NCBI GenBank assembly: GCA_016931155.1
Contig: JAFGFJ010000006.1
Coordinates: forward strand, 314,896 to 378,895
Direction: 5' to 3'
Origin: Candidatus Dojkabacteria bacterium
GTDB lineage: Bacteria; Patescibacteriota; Dojkabacteria; B142; JAFGFJ01
Length of the DNA stretch: 64,000 nt
Part shown: positions 47,345 to 56,605 of the stretch, in pieces
How positions within the stretch are numbered: position 1 is the stretch's first letter
Layout of the letters: each line of letters begins with the position of its first letter
Program-made: the position numbers and the translations under genes
The notes under the pieces: generated by a model
Told to the model about the DNA's origin: nothing
The model's database searches: none
The model's input: only the letters and a program-made list of their open reading frames with translations

Positions 47345-49432
47345 ATGAAGATAAAAGACAAATATACAATTTTTCTAGAAAACTATGACCTCAAGCAGGA
47401 GGAAGCTTTTGGTCAGAGAGCTAAAGATTTTTATGATCTCGTACATTTAAACGTGAGTGTTCCTTCTACTTTTTTTGTAAATTCCTCTGCTTTTGATGAT
47501 TTTATACATGGGAATAATCTCAGTGAATATATTATCGAACGTCTCTTAGGTGTGAATATTGATAATTCAAGGGATTTGGAGAAAACATCCAAAGAGATAA
47601 AAGAAGCAATTATGAGTGGGAGTATTTCTAAGGAATTGGAAGAGGAATTGTCTACTTGTTATTCCAGGCTTTCCGGTTTTAGTGATTCACTTGTTTCTAT
47701 GACATATTCTCCGATTAATCCGGATCTTGATTATTCATCATTTAGTGAAAAATCTTTTGTTCATCTAAATATTAGAGGTAAGGATGAGCTTATCGATACA
47801 GTAAAGCTTATCTGGACCTCTTTATTCGAACCAAAGGCTATTTTTTACAGGGAAGCAAAGAGATATTCTGGTGCTCTCACGGTAGCTGTAGTTGTTCAAA
47901 AACTAATCTTTGCCGAGTCTTCTGGGGTTTTATTTACAGTCGATCCAATAACAAATGATTCTACTAAGGCTCAGATTGAGGCGATACTTGGAGTGATTGA
48001 TCCTCTTGTTGACTCAGAGCTTAATCCTGATGTTTATATTTATGACAAAGTGCTAGGTACAATTACTGAAAAAAACACTGTCAATCAGGATTGGATGTTG
48101 GTACGCAAAGGAAGAGTAAAGGGTAATGAAAGTCCTCATGCAAAAGTTAACATATCTCCTGTTTATAAAAAGTTGCAGAAAATTGACGATACCTATTTGG
48201 ACTACCTTGGTAAGCTTGCAGTCACTCTTGATAAATACAACGAATCTCCGCTCGAAGTTGAATGGGTACTTGAATCAGGAAGGATAAGTGTTACAAGAAT
48301 AAGACCAGTGACTACATTGACGATCAATGAAACCGATTGGAAATTTGCTCCTACTGTAACAGCTCTAAAAAGTAAGTTGGAGTCCAGGGAAAAAACAGTA
48401 AATAACCAGTCAGGTTCGCTTTCATTGCAGGAATTTCAAGTCAAAAATAGATCGGATTATGAGGAACAGATGACTGAAATTTCTGAGATGATTCCTGGTA
48501 AAGGAGATCTAGTACCAATTTCTCCAGACATTGGAGTGCCTAAGCTATCACCTCCTTCAATGATTCAGGAAAAGAAGAAAGCAATAATGGGGGAAGATGT
48601 TAAATCTACTGAAGAGCTAGTTGTGCAGGAAGAAATTCTGGTTAATCGGGCTTTTCCAGTCTCTGATGACTTATCAACAGTTACAAAAATCTTTTACGAA
48701 GTTGAAAACAAACAGGGAGTGGAAAAAATTTCTAACTTACCATTAGATGGCGTTGTAGCCCAATTTAATAAAAGTCTTCTGGATAAAGAAATGGGTAGTG
48801 TTTTACTTGAGGCAGCATCAAGGGCAGGGGAGAAACCAGTTCTGTTTTCTCTGTTTTCCAATGGGAGTGTAAATGATATAGAGCTAAAAAAACAGATTGT
48901 GACTTTGAAACAAGTCAGGAATAAAAGCAACAAGAAGAATGTTTGGGTCACAATACCTGCTTTTCATGATAAGCAGGAAATAATAGAAGTTAAGAAATTG
49001 ATTTCAACAATTGGATTGAAGAGATCTTCTACGTTTAAAATTTTCTTGTCAATTAATAGCCCAGCTGCAGCTATGCAGATATTGGAATTTATTGATATAG
49101 GTATCGATGGGATTCTGATAAACTTTTCGAAGTTTGCTGCTCTTAGTCTTGATAAAAAGGTAGGTGATGTCCAATCAAGTGATCTTTTAAAAAACGAAGC
49201 AATTGAAAAAATACTTAGGGGATTGGTAATGGATATAAATAGATCCAAGATTGATTCAATAATTGTGTTTGATCATTTAGAGATTGATGAAAAAATCCTA
49301 ACTAAATTAGTAGAGATTGGGACAATAGGATTTTCTACTGAATTAACAACGATACCTGGACTTAAGAAACACCTCCAGTCTATTGAGGCAGAAAAGATAT
49401 TGAGGCATAAGGGAGGGAAAGCTCACAAGTGA
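47345..49432 (+). CDS. PEP synthase / pyruvate phosphate dikinase-like protein lacking a recognisable phosphohistidine swivel domain
   Basis: N-terminal PPDK_N-like ATP-grasp region (GALTVAVVVQKLIFAESSGVLFTVDPITND); C-terminal PEP-utilizer TIM-barrel-like motif (GIDGILINFSKFAALSL); no GGxTSHAAI motif found. Confidence 0.5.
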   Translation: MKIKDKYTIFLENYDLKQEEAFGQRAKDFYDLVHLNVSVPSTFFVNSSAFDDFIHGNNLSEYIIERLLGVNIDNSRDLEKTSKEIKEAIMSGSISKELEEELSTCYSRLSGFSDSLVSMTYSPINPDLDYSSFSEKSFVHLNIRGKDELIDTVKLIWTSLFEPKAIFYREAKRYSGALTVAVVVQKLIFAESSGVLFTVDPITNDSTKAQIEAILGVIDPLVDSELNPDVYIYDKVLGTITEKNTVNQDWMLVRKGRVKGNESPHAKVNISPVYKKLQKIDDTYLDYLGKLAVTLDKYNESPLEVEWVLESGRISVTRIRPVTTLTINETDWKFAPTVTALKSKLESREKTVNNQSGSLSLQEFQVKNRSDYEEQMTEISEMIPGKGDLVPISPDIGVPKLSPPSMIQEKKKAIMGEDVKSTEELVVQEEILVNRAFPVSDDLSTVTKIFYEVENKQGVEKISNLPLDGVVAQFNKSLLDKEMGSVLLEAASRAGEKPVLFSLFSNGSVNDIELKKQIVTLKQVRNKSNKKNVWVTIPAFHDKQEIIEVKKLISTIGLKRSSTFKIFLSINSPAAAMQILEFIDIGIDGILINFSKFAALSLDKKVGDVQSSDLLKNEAIEKILRGLVMDINRSKIDSIIVFDHLEIDEKILTKLVEIGTIGFSTELTTIPGLKKHLQSIEAEKILRHKGGKAHK

Positions 49433-49668
49433 TGTGTTCCAACTTGAAACAGAAACTCAATATAACTGCGTTTTGATGTTGATATGTCGTTTGCTTCTCT
49501 GCTGAGTGAATCGTTTACTTTTTTAAACATATTAATTGGCGGGATTTTTTTGTTTAGAAATACTTATGATAAACAAAGAGATAATAATAAATAAGCTAGG
49601 AATTGTCTGTAGTTAATATTTATTATTTTTTTGTATATTTGATACAACGATAATTACTGGAAAACATT

Positions 49669-50397
49669 ATGAATAAAAAAGTACTAATTTTTCTTGTGAC
49701 TTTGGTTTTATCTTTTACTTTGAGTGGCTGTGCTAAAAACTCGTCTAGTGACTCAATTGCTGATCATACATCAAAAAATGGCAGTGTAATTTTTATTTAT
49801 GGTGCAAGGGTCTTTACCTCTCCGCTTAAGGATAGTGACCTCATTAACGCAAATATTTCGATCACAACGAATATGATTTTTGATTTAAGTAAACAGGTAA
49901 AGGGGTTTACTATTTCTGAGATAAGTATAACTTCACCAGAACTAATAGGAATTGTTAAAAAGTTTAAACCAAAACACATACTGCGTAGTGATAATTGTGT
50001 AAACTGGTATTTGGGGGCTTGCGATGAAATACCTGATCCTGCTGAAATAGCAAGCGAGGGAGACAGCTTTGATTTTTTGGTGGTAGAGCATGAAGCAGCA
50101 TATCTGGATGAAATTTCAAAAGAAGGCTATTTCAATGTTATTTATAATGTTGTTGTAACTGAAATTGCACAGGTTTCATCAAGGAAAATTGAGGCAGATA
50201 CTGGGCATTTTGAGAACTCCAAAGTTCTGCAATATGCTGGTCTAAATGAAAAACAGTTGAGTTTTGATTTGACATATCAGGTGAAAATAGAATTTGAAGA
50301 TGGAGAAGAATTTTCTAACCAGTACAGATACATTGTTAATGCATTAGACTTAATTGAGAAGGGGTACACAACCGAGAACACAGAAGATAAGCTGTGA
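49669..50397 (+). CDS. Hypothetical lipoprotein (lipobox LSGC)
   Basis: MNKKVLIFLVTLVLSFTLSGCAKNSSS signal peptide II pattern. Confidence 0.55.
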   Translation: MNKKVLIFLVTLVLSFTLSGCAKNSSSDSIADHTSKNGSVIFIYGARVFTSPLKDSDLINANISITTNMIFDLSKQVKGFTISEISITSPELIGIVKKFKPKHILRSDNCVNWYLGACDEIPDPAEIASEGDSFDFLVVEHEAAYLDEISKEGYFNVIYNVVVTEIAQVSSRKIEADTGHFENSKVLQYAGLNEKQLSFDLTYQVKIEFEDGEEFSNQYRYIVNALDLIEKGYTTENTEDKL

Positions 50398-50491
50398 TTG
50401 GTGATCTATCGTCAAGCTAGATAAAGAAAAATTGACTTCAAGCCATAATGGACTTAGACTGTTGGATAACTAATTTATTAAACTGTCCATT

Positions 50492-51661
50492 ATGGAAAAG
50501 AATTTTTTAAGGCTTTTATCAAAAGCCTTTGCAGTGCTTCTTTCAGTTTTGTGCGGTAGTTCATTCCTCCTGATCAATACTCAAGCAGTAATGGCAAAAA
50601 AACCTAATCCACCGAAAGTGGATATTTTTCTTGATACAGACACTGGGGTAGGAGATGCGGTGGCAGTAGCCTGGGCACTAAAGGATAGTAAGACAAATGT
50701 GCTCGGTATAACCACAGTTGCAGGAAACACTACTGTGGAAAATGCTACAAAGAATGTGCTTACTCTGCTTGATGTCATGGGGAGGACAGATATTAGCGTA
50801 ACTATGGGGGCATCTGAACCTTTAGTTAAACCACATTACAATGTTGGGGATGTAATACACGGTTTAGATGGGCTTTGGTTTCAACAACAGCCACATGATT
50901 TGAGTGCAATCCCGACAGATGCACCCTTAGCACTGGCGACTGCAGCAAGTGAAAATCCAGGAATGACAATAGTTGCACTAGGTCCGTTGACTAACATTGC
51001 TCAAGCTGTTCAAAGATATCCGGATGATATGAGAGGAGTAAAAATTATCACATTAGAGCTGACTGGAAGTGAAACCAGCAGTGCTCACTCGGATCCATAC
51101 CCTGGTGGATTTAATGTGTGGAATGATCCTGATGCCTTGAAAGTATTACTTGAAGCAGATGGACTGGACTTGGATATCTATCTAGCTGGTACTGGAGTAT
51201 TGGATAGTGTAACTGTTGATAGTGCGACTTTCCCTCAGAGATTGATTGATAAGGGAGGTACATTAGGACAGTTTATGGCAGCATTCTTAATACCTAATTT
51301 TCAAATCGCAACTATGGGTGCCGGGGGTCCAGTTGTTATGGATGACCCAGCTTTGACTATCCTGGCAGTAAGACCTGAGTATCTAAAGTCATACGTAGAA
51401 GGTTACGCAAAAGTATCAACAAATGAAGATTTCACAAGCGGTCAAATATTTTTTGGTTATAACGTCAACACCAAGGCATTCCTACTTTCTACGCCGGAAG
51501 AACAATCAATACTTGCAGATAGAATGTTTTCTGATCCCAATTTTAACCTGCAGTATGAAATTGGGCTTATTTTGATGAGGCATCCTGATAATATTAAAGT
51601 GATAACCGAGATTAATGGTAAGAAAATAAAGAAACTAATTGATAAAGACTTTGTAAAGTAG
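50492..51661 (+). CDS. Secreted inosine-uridine-preferring nucleoside hydrolase family protein
   Basis: N-terminal signal peptide then DTDTGVGDAVAVAWAL (DxDxxxDD IUNH aspartate cluster). Confidence 0.75.
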   Translation: MEKNFLRLLSKAFAVLLSVLCGSSFLLINTQAVMAKKPNPPKVDIFLDTDTGVGDAVAVAWALKDSKTNVLGITTVAGNTTVENATKNVLTLLDVMGRTDISVTMGASEPLVKPHYNVGDVIHGLDGLWFQQQPHDLSAIPTDAPLALATAASENPGMTIVALGPLTNIAQAVQRYPDDMRGVKIITLELTGSETSSAHSDPYPGGFNVWNDPDALKVLLEADGLDLDIYLAGTGVLDSVTVDSATFPQRLIDKGGTLGQFMAAFLIPNFQIATMGAGGPVVMDDPALTILAVRPEYLKSYVEGYAKVSTNEDFTSGQIFFGYNVNTKAFLLSTPEEQSILADRMFSDPNFNLQYEIGLILMRHPDNIKVITEINGKKIKKLIDKDFVK

Positions 51662-51684
51662 AAAGCCAGTAATCTGTAATTAGC

Positions 51685-51714
51685 AAAGGGGGGATAAAAA
51701 TCCCCCCTTTTTTT
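51685..51714. terminator. Bidirectional Rho-independent terminator between convergent genes (AAA-GGGGGGAT-aaaa-ATCCCCCC-TTTTTTT)
   Basis: Perfect 8-bp GC-rich stem flanked by an A-run 5' and a T-run 3'. Confidence 0.75.
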
Positions 51715-51777
51715 GACCAATATGGAATCAAATGCTCTGATCCCTTTATTAAGTCTTTTGTCTGCTTAATTCAGATT

Positions 51778-52977
51778 CTAAAGACTCTGTTTTCTCATAG
51801 GGGGTTTGTCTGGAGTATACTTAGACCCCGGGCTGAAAAATTCATTCAGACTATCCTTGGTTTCGTATTCTTCTTCCAGTTTACCTTTGTAGTAATGTCT
51901 AAGTTTCACTGTAGCTTTGTATTTCCGGTAGGAACCGGTCAAATTCCAGGTAAAATTCCTTGACACGAATCTAATTAACTTATTTAACCAAGCAGGATTG
52001 GAGTCTCTTATTGCTGTGAGTTCCAACATTGGAACTACCCTCAGGGTTTCAGTATCATGGACATCAAATTCGTAACGATGATCACCTTCTTCACAGATAT
52101 TATAATATACATTGGCACGATTTCTGTGGGACTCTTTGTCATAATGGTCTTCTCCTCTTTCAAGAGTCCATTTATCAGGGTTGTGAAAAACGATTTTGCC
52201 ATCTTTGGCAAGCAGAATATTCGTTTTTACTGCAGAATTATTGTAGTTATTTTTGCTGATATTATAACCTGCAAGTCCCTGATAGGGTCCTGCAGCAAAC
52301 GAAAACCAGTGCCAGTGATTCCATATATCCAACATAGCATTAGTGAATCCATGATCACTATAGCCGTTGCCATTGAGTTCAATTTTTAAATCGCCCTTAC
52401 GTATATAACCGGTTATCTTTGAGAATGGTTGTGTGACCAGCCAGGCGATGAATTTGTCATCGACATTCGAACAGGTAATACCTGTTCCCTCACGGAAAGC
52501 AGGTACTAAGGCTCTTAATTCAAGGTATACTTCTATATCCAGTTTGGGTAAATACATGGTAGCCTTAAGGTGTCGAGTGTCGCCATTAATAGCCTCAAGT
52601 GTGTTTGGCCCCATTTTTACATTTAAACGATCTTTGCTGTAAGAAAAATCCTTTCCTGAATAATGAAATTCGTTAACTACCTCAATGCCTGGAAAATGTA
52701 TTTCTACAGACAAGTATGGTTCAGCTTTCTTGGATTTATATGTCAGAACGTTGTTATAGGTATAGTTAATCAGCATCCATCCCTCTTTAGTACGGGCATC
52801 AATATAATGCCATTCGAACCATCCTGGCTCTTCTCCAATAGGCGTCCTTACTGCTGCCTCCCAGTCTTCATGGAAATGCTTCAAATTTATCTTGTCACAA
52901 CCAAGTTTGCGATAAATATCTTTGTTTTTGGGATAGCCCAGAAATACTTTTGCATCTTCTTTTGTGTTCTTTTTCAT
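51778..52977 (-). CDS. Hypothetical protein, possibly AttH/CrtC-like lipocalin-fold family
   Basis: Weak resemblance only (EPGWFEWHYIDARTKEGWMLINYTY, W/Y-rich beta segments); assignment tentative. Confidence 0.3.
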   Translation of the reverse strand: MKKNTKEDAKVFLGYPKNKDIYRKLGCDKINLKHFHEDWEAAVRTPIGEEPGWFEWHYIDARTKEGWMLINYTYNNVLTYKSKKAEPYLSVEIHFPGIEVVNEFHYSGKDFSYSKDRLNVKMGPNTLEAINGDTRHLKATMYLPKLDIEVYLELRALVPAFREGTGITCSNVDDKFIAWLVTQPFSKITGYIRKGDLKIELNGNGYSDHGFTNAMLDIWNHWHWFSFAAGPYQGLAGYNISKNNYNNSAVKTNILLAKDGKIVFHNPDKWTLERGEDHYDKESHRNRANVYYNICEEGDHRYEFDVHDTETLRVVPMLELTAIRDSNPAWLNKLIRFVSRNFTWNLTGSYRKYKATVKLRHYYKGKLEEEYETKDSLNEFFSPGSKYTPDKPPMRKQSL

Positions 52978-53246
52978 TATAATTATATTTTAAATAAACA
53001 TAAAATTTGGGATCACTTAGTTGTGTATCCCCTTAATATATTATTCTAGTACATATATATTCTTTTTACTTTAATTCCCTCTTCCCATAAGTTCCATGCT
53101 GTGTATAGCCTTTCTGTGACTGTCATGCTACTTGTCTGCTTAAAATGTAATCTAGGATTGACATTCTAGCAGTTTTGTCGCATTTCTAATGATTATTTAG
53201 CGGAGAGTAAAGAATATATGGTGTTGCTGTTTTTATTGTTTTGGGA

Positions 53247-53873
53247 TTACTTGAACTTAATAACTACACAATATGATTTAGATAAATCTTCAAGGAAATA
53301 TGCAACCTTGAATACCAAAATACCATCAATATGTATATTTTCTATTCTGGAATAACCCAGATTTTCTAACTCCAGAGAAGTTATAGTCGCTGGTATACGG
53401 GCAACTATATTTGTAGTCAAATATTTGCGGGTCAGATTGAACATCTTTCTTAGACTGGGTTTTGTGTCATCTACGCTATTGACATGACTTGATCTGTCCA
53501 TTTTTCTTGTACTCCAACCGGGATCAAGAAATACTATATCAGCTTGAAGTTTTTTTAGAAGACTATGATCTAAGACATCTCCTTGGATAAAGTTTACTTT
53601 ATCGCTCACTCCATATATCTTTGAATTACTGGTAGCCATTTTTATTCTTTTCTCATCTAACTCAATACCTATGACATTGTCCATATATTTCCCAAGTTGT
53701 ATGCACAAAGCCCCGATACAACTGCATAATTCAATTGCTCTTGTAAATTTCCCCATAGAGCTTGCCTGTTTTGCGATATGTTGAGCGACATATTCAGGAC
53801 AGCTAATAAGAGCTGACTCCTTGTCGGAGCGAACCTCTTTCGTGAACCTTTGCGTCTTTTTTAATGTGATCAA
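53247..53873 (-). CDS. Class I SAM-dependent methyltransferase (RsmD / cap-guanine-N2 MTase-like)
   Basis: Motif I region IELCSCIGALCIQLG, acidic motif II GIELD, motif IV IVFLDPGWS (DPPW-like). Confidence 0.55.
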   Translation of the reverse strand: MITLKKTQRFTKEVRSDKESALISCPEYVAQHIAKQASSMGKFTRAIELCSCIGALCIQLGKYMDNVIGIELDEKRIKMATSNSKIYGVSDKVNFIQGDVLDHSLLKKLQADIVFLDPGWSTRKMDRSSHVNSVDDTKPSLRKMFNLTRKYLTTNIVARIPATITSLELENLGYSRIENIHIDGILVFKVAYFLEDLSKSYCVVIKFK

Positions 53874-54019
53874 ACGTTGTTATTGAAAAACAGGACGGCT
53901 AATAGGGTTAGAGCCGTTCTCGAAACAGTTTATGCCAAATGGAGTAGTAGAGGCAATTAATGTGTCCTTTTTTTGGATGGTATCAGGATGAGACGGTATC
54001 TTAACTTAATTTTTGAAGG

Positions 54020-54094
54020 TTGGAGCGGGCAACGGGAATCGAACCCGTATCATCAGTTTGGAAAACTGACATAATAACCTTTATACGATGCCCG
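54020..54094 (-). tRNA. tRNA-Gly (anticodon UCC) with encoded CCA
   Basis: Reverse complement folds as a cloverleaf: acceptor GCGGGCA/UGCCCGC, T-arm ACGGG-UUCGAUU-CCCGU, anticodon stem UCAGU/ACUGA with loop UUUCCAA, discriminator U then CCA. Confidence 0.75.
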
Positions 54095-54240
54095 CACAAA
54101 ACACGCAATTGTAGCAGATCAGTCTCCTTTTTGTGAAGCAATGGACCAGGAATTGTGTTAATGGTCGGGTACGGCTGAAACTTTATCGTGTCCTGTTTTC
54201 TGCTAGTTTTCATCTATTGCAATATTGGGATTACTTAGTA

Positions 54241-54320
54241 TGAGTAGCTATCTCCGAAGCACTTCAAGTCTCTGTGCATGAGTAGCTCTTCCCGCAGCAC
54301 TTCAAATTCCTGTCGTAAGT
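54241..54320. repeat. Imperfect tandem duplication (~38 nt x2, ~80% identity) spanning the stop codon and 3' end of the 424-aa ORF
   Basis: tgagtagctatctccgaagcacttcaagtctctgtgca followed by tgagtagctcttcccgcagcacttcaaattcctgtcgt. Confidence 0.7.
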
Positions 54321-55538
54321 AGACGGGTCACCGTTCTTTACGTATTTTAAGACCTTTCCGCAGATGTCACATCTCACCGGGTCGGGTCTGTCAGGGGTTG
54401 GTTGAGGTTCAAACCCCGGATTCAATATCGAGTTTACTCTTCCGAATGTGCTGAACTTTTCCGATATACCGCAGGCGCTCATCACATAACCTTCTTGTCT
54501 CATAAGTCTGGCTTGAGCATATCTATCCATTTTTTGAAAATCTGAGAAACCTCCATCTTGATCGTAATTAATCCCTGTTTCTAGCTTCATTACATCATGT
54601 ATATATTTTCTAAATCCGAACTGCAGGACTGCCATTGTTTCATTGATGAAGGAAAGTTCTTTAGAAATATTTTCCCCTTTATTCAATTTTGCGGCCGTCG
54701 CCGTAATCAATGTTCTAAATTCCTCCCTGACTCTTTCCCAAACAAACGTCTTTGCATAAGCCTCAATTAATCTAATTTTCATTTCTTCGAGACCTTTTGT
54801 TCTTTGTTCTATAAAATCGGTTATGATTCTGAGTTTGTTGTCATCAAAGAAGCCTGATGATGCCATTATGCTTAAATCTGAAAGATTATTGCTGTCTGTA
54901 TTAATTGCCAATTCATTCAGTAGTTCCTCATAATCAAGAGTCGAAGTTGCGGGTAGCCATTTTTGTATAACTTTCTCGGTACCATTTTCATTTATAAATA
55001 AAAAGATGGTGTCGTTCCCCAGATAACCTCTTTTTTTTGCTTCTTCGGTAAGTGGCGGGCTTGGGCTGAATTCTACAAAATTTCTTTTATCTCCCATCTG
55101 TCTTGCTCTTCTGAGTTTTTCATAATTGCTCAGATTTATTGTGTTTCTTAAGATTTCAAATTCAGGAATTTGCCCGCTCGCATTATTTATTGCTTCTCTA
55201 TAGATTTCGTCAAGTGTTCTGTTTCCTGTTGCGAGCTTCCACGGTAAATTGCTCTTATCCCAAGGGAGGCTGTATTCATATATTGCAGTAGTTTCTGCGA
55301 TGGGATGCTCAACGATCTGGGTGTATATGTCGGTAAGGCTTTCTGTCAATGCAATGTTCAACAATGCCTCCCTTTCCTCTCCTCCAGCAGATTGGATAGC
55401 TTTTAGAGCCTGAAGTACATAGTTTATTGAGTTTGAGTATCTGTTTGAATACTGCGCCCTGATAGAATCCATACTTAAATCTGCTTTATTGATCGCAAAT
55501 CTCGACGGTTGTATTTCCTGTATGGCTGTTTCGCTCAT
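54264..55538 (-). CDS. Hypothetical protein with C-terminal Cys cluster (CDICGK...CCGKSYSC)
   Basis: Long ORF with coding-like composition; no recognisable family. Confidence 0.4.
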   Translation of the reverse strand: MSETAIQEIQPSRFAINKADLSMDSIRAQYSNRYSNSINYVLQALKAIQSAGGEEREALLNIALTESLTDIYTQIVEHPIAETTAIYEYSLPWDKSNLPWKLATGNRTLDEIYREAINNASGQIPEFEILRNTINLSNYEKLRRARQMGDKRNFVEFSPSPPLTEEAKKRGYLGNDTIFLFINENGTEKVIQKWLPATSTLDYEELLNELAINTDSNNLSDLSIMASSGFFDDNKLRIITDFIEQRTKGLEEMKIRLIEAYAKTFVWERVREEFRTLITATAAKLNKGENISKELSFINETMAVLQFGFRKYIHDVMKLETGINYDQDGGFSDFQKMDRYAQARLMRQEGYVMSACGISEKFSTFGRVNSILNPGFEPQPTPDRPDPVRCDICGKVLKYVKNGDPSTYDRNLKCCGKSYSCTET

Positions 55539-56149
55539 TTCATTTCAGAAACGAGCAGTGTTGAAGAATTAATTTTCATGGCTTTCTGCTCGGAAAGATA
55601 AAATAATCTTGGCTGGTTTTCTGGCTTTTCCAGTGATGGAATTACAGTTGCGGCACAGCAGCGGTATTTCACCGCTTTTCCCATTTAATCCCGAAAAGAG
55701 AACCTGAAATATACTAGAGTAAAAATTATAATTTTGCAAGAAGTGTAGGTCTGATGTATTTGATGTACAACTTCAAGACCTATGTAGCAACTGAGACTCT
55801 ACGGGCTGTACAGGTTCATGAACATATGCAACAGCCATAGTAGAATACGTTGATGTTTCAAATTATTAATGATTCAAACAAAACGGTTGTTGTATAACGA
55901 GTTTAATCTTTAATATGTTTCATCACACGATAGAGAAGGCGAGTAAAATCAGCTTATTTTTTTCATTAACTGTAGAGACTCTTACAGAGAGCCAAGGATA
56001 AACTAGATGCTTGTTATGTATTATATGTAAGACAAGCAAACTCTCAATGAAGGAAGTAGTAGAGACCACGGCTAAGTTTTGCTCATCATTATTGTTGATC
56101 TTTTGCCAAATGAATTGTACTCTGTATTAGTCAGATTCCTGCCCTAATT

Positions 56150-56605
56150 ATGCAAATAGTATATGCCTCAACATCAGGGAATGTTGAAGTTGTGGTTGAA
56201 AAAGTAAGTGAGGTCTTAACAGAGAAGGGTATAGTTAATCGACTGCACAGATCAGAGCAGACCTCGATTGATCTAATAAGAAATAACAGTCTTTTTGTTC
56301 TTGCTACTTCTACATGGGAACACGGTGAGATAAACCCGTTCTTCAATAAGCTTCTTGCAAAAATAAAAAAAGAGGATTTAAGTAGAAAAAATGCGGCTTT
56401 TATTGGGCTGGGTGATATGCGATATGAGCCAATACTTTTTAATCAGGGTATTAAAATTCTTAAAGATGTCTGGATGGATAAAGGAGGAGGAATTCTCCAT
56501 GAACTTCTCTTGATAAATGGAGAGCCTTACGGAATTCTGGATTCGAGGGTGAGTAAATGGGCACTTGGTTTAGCTGAAGATATTAGGAAAAATGACAAAC
56601 AATAG
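56150..56605 (+). CDS. Flavodoxin
   Basis: MQIVYASTSGNVE FMN phosphate-binding loop, ~150 aa short-chain flavodoxin size. Confidence 0.75.
   Translation: MQIVYASTSGNVEVVVEKVSEVLTEKGIVNRLHRSEQTSIDLIRNNSLFVLATSTWEHGEINPFFNKLLAKIKKEDLSRKNAAFIGLGDMRYEPILFNQGIKILKDVWMDKGGGILHELLLINGEPYGILDSRVSKWALGLAEDIRKNDKQ

Noticed and set aside
54001-54213. 70-aa minus-strand ORF
   Set aside because: It overlaps the tRNA-Gly gene; artefact of the open frame through the tRNA
55539-56149. Possible riboswitch or sRNA in the 610-nt region upstream of the flavodoxin gene
   Set aside because: No recognisable conserved riboswitch motif or stable terminator-antiterminator pair could be identified by eye; left unassigned
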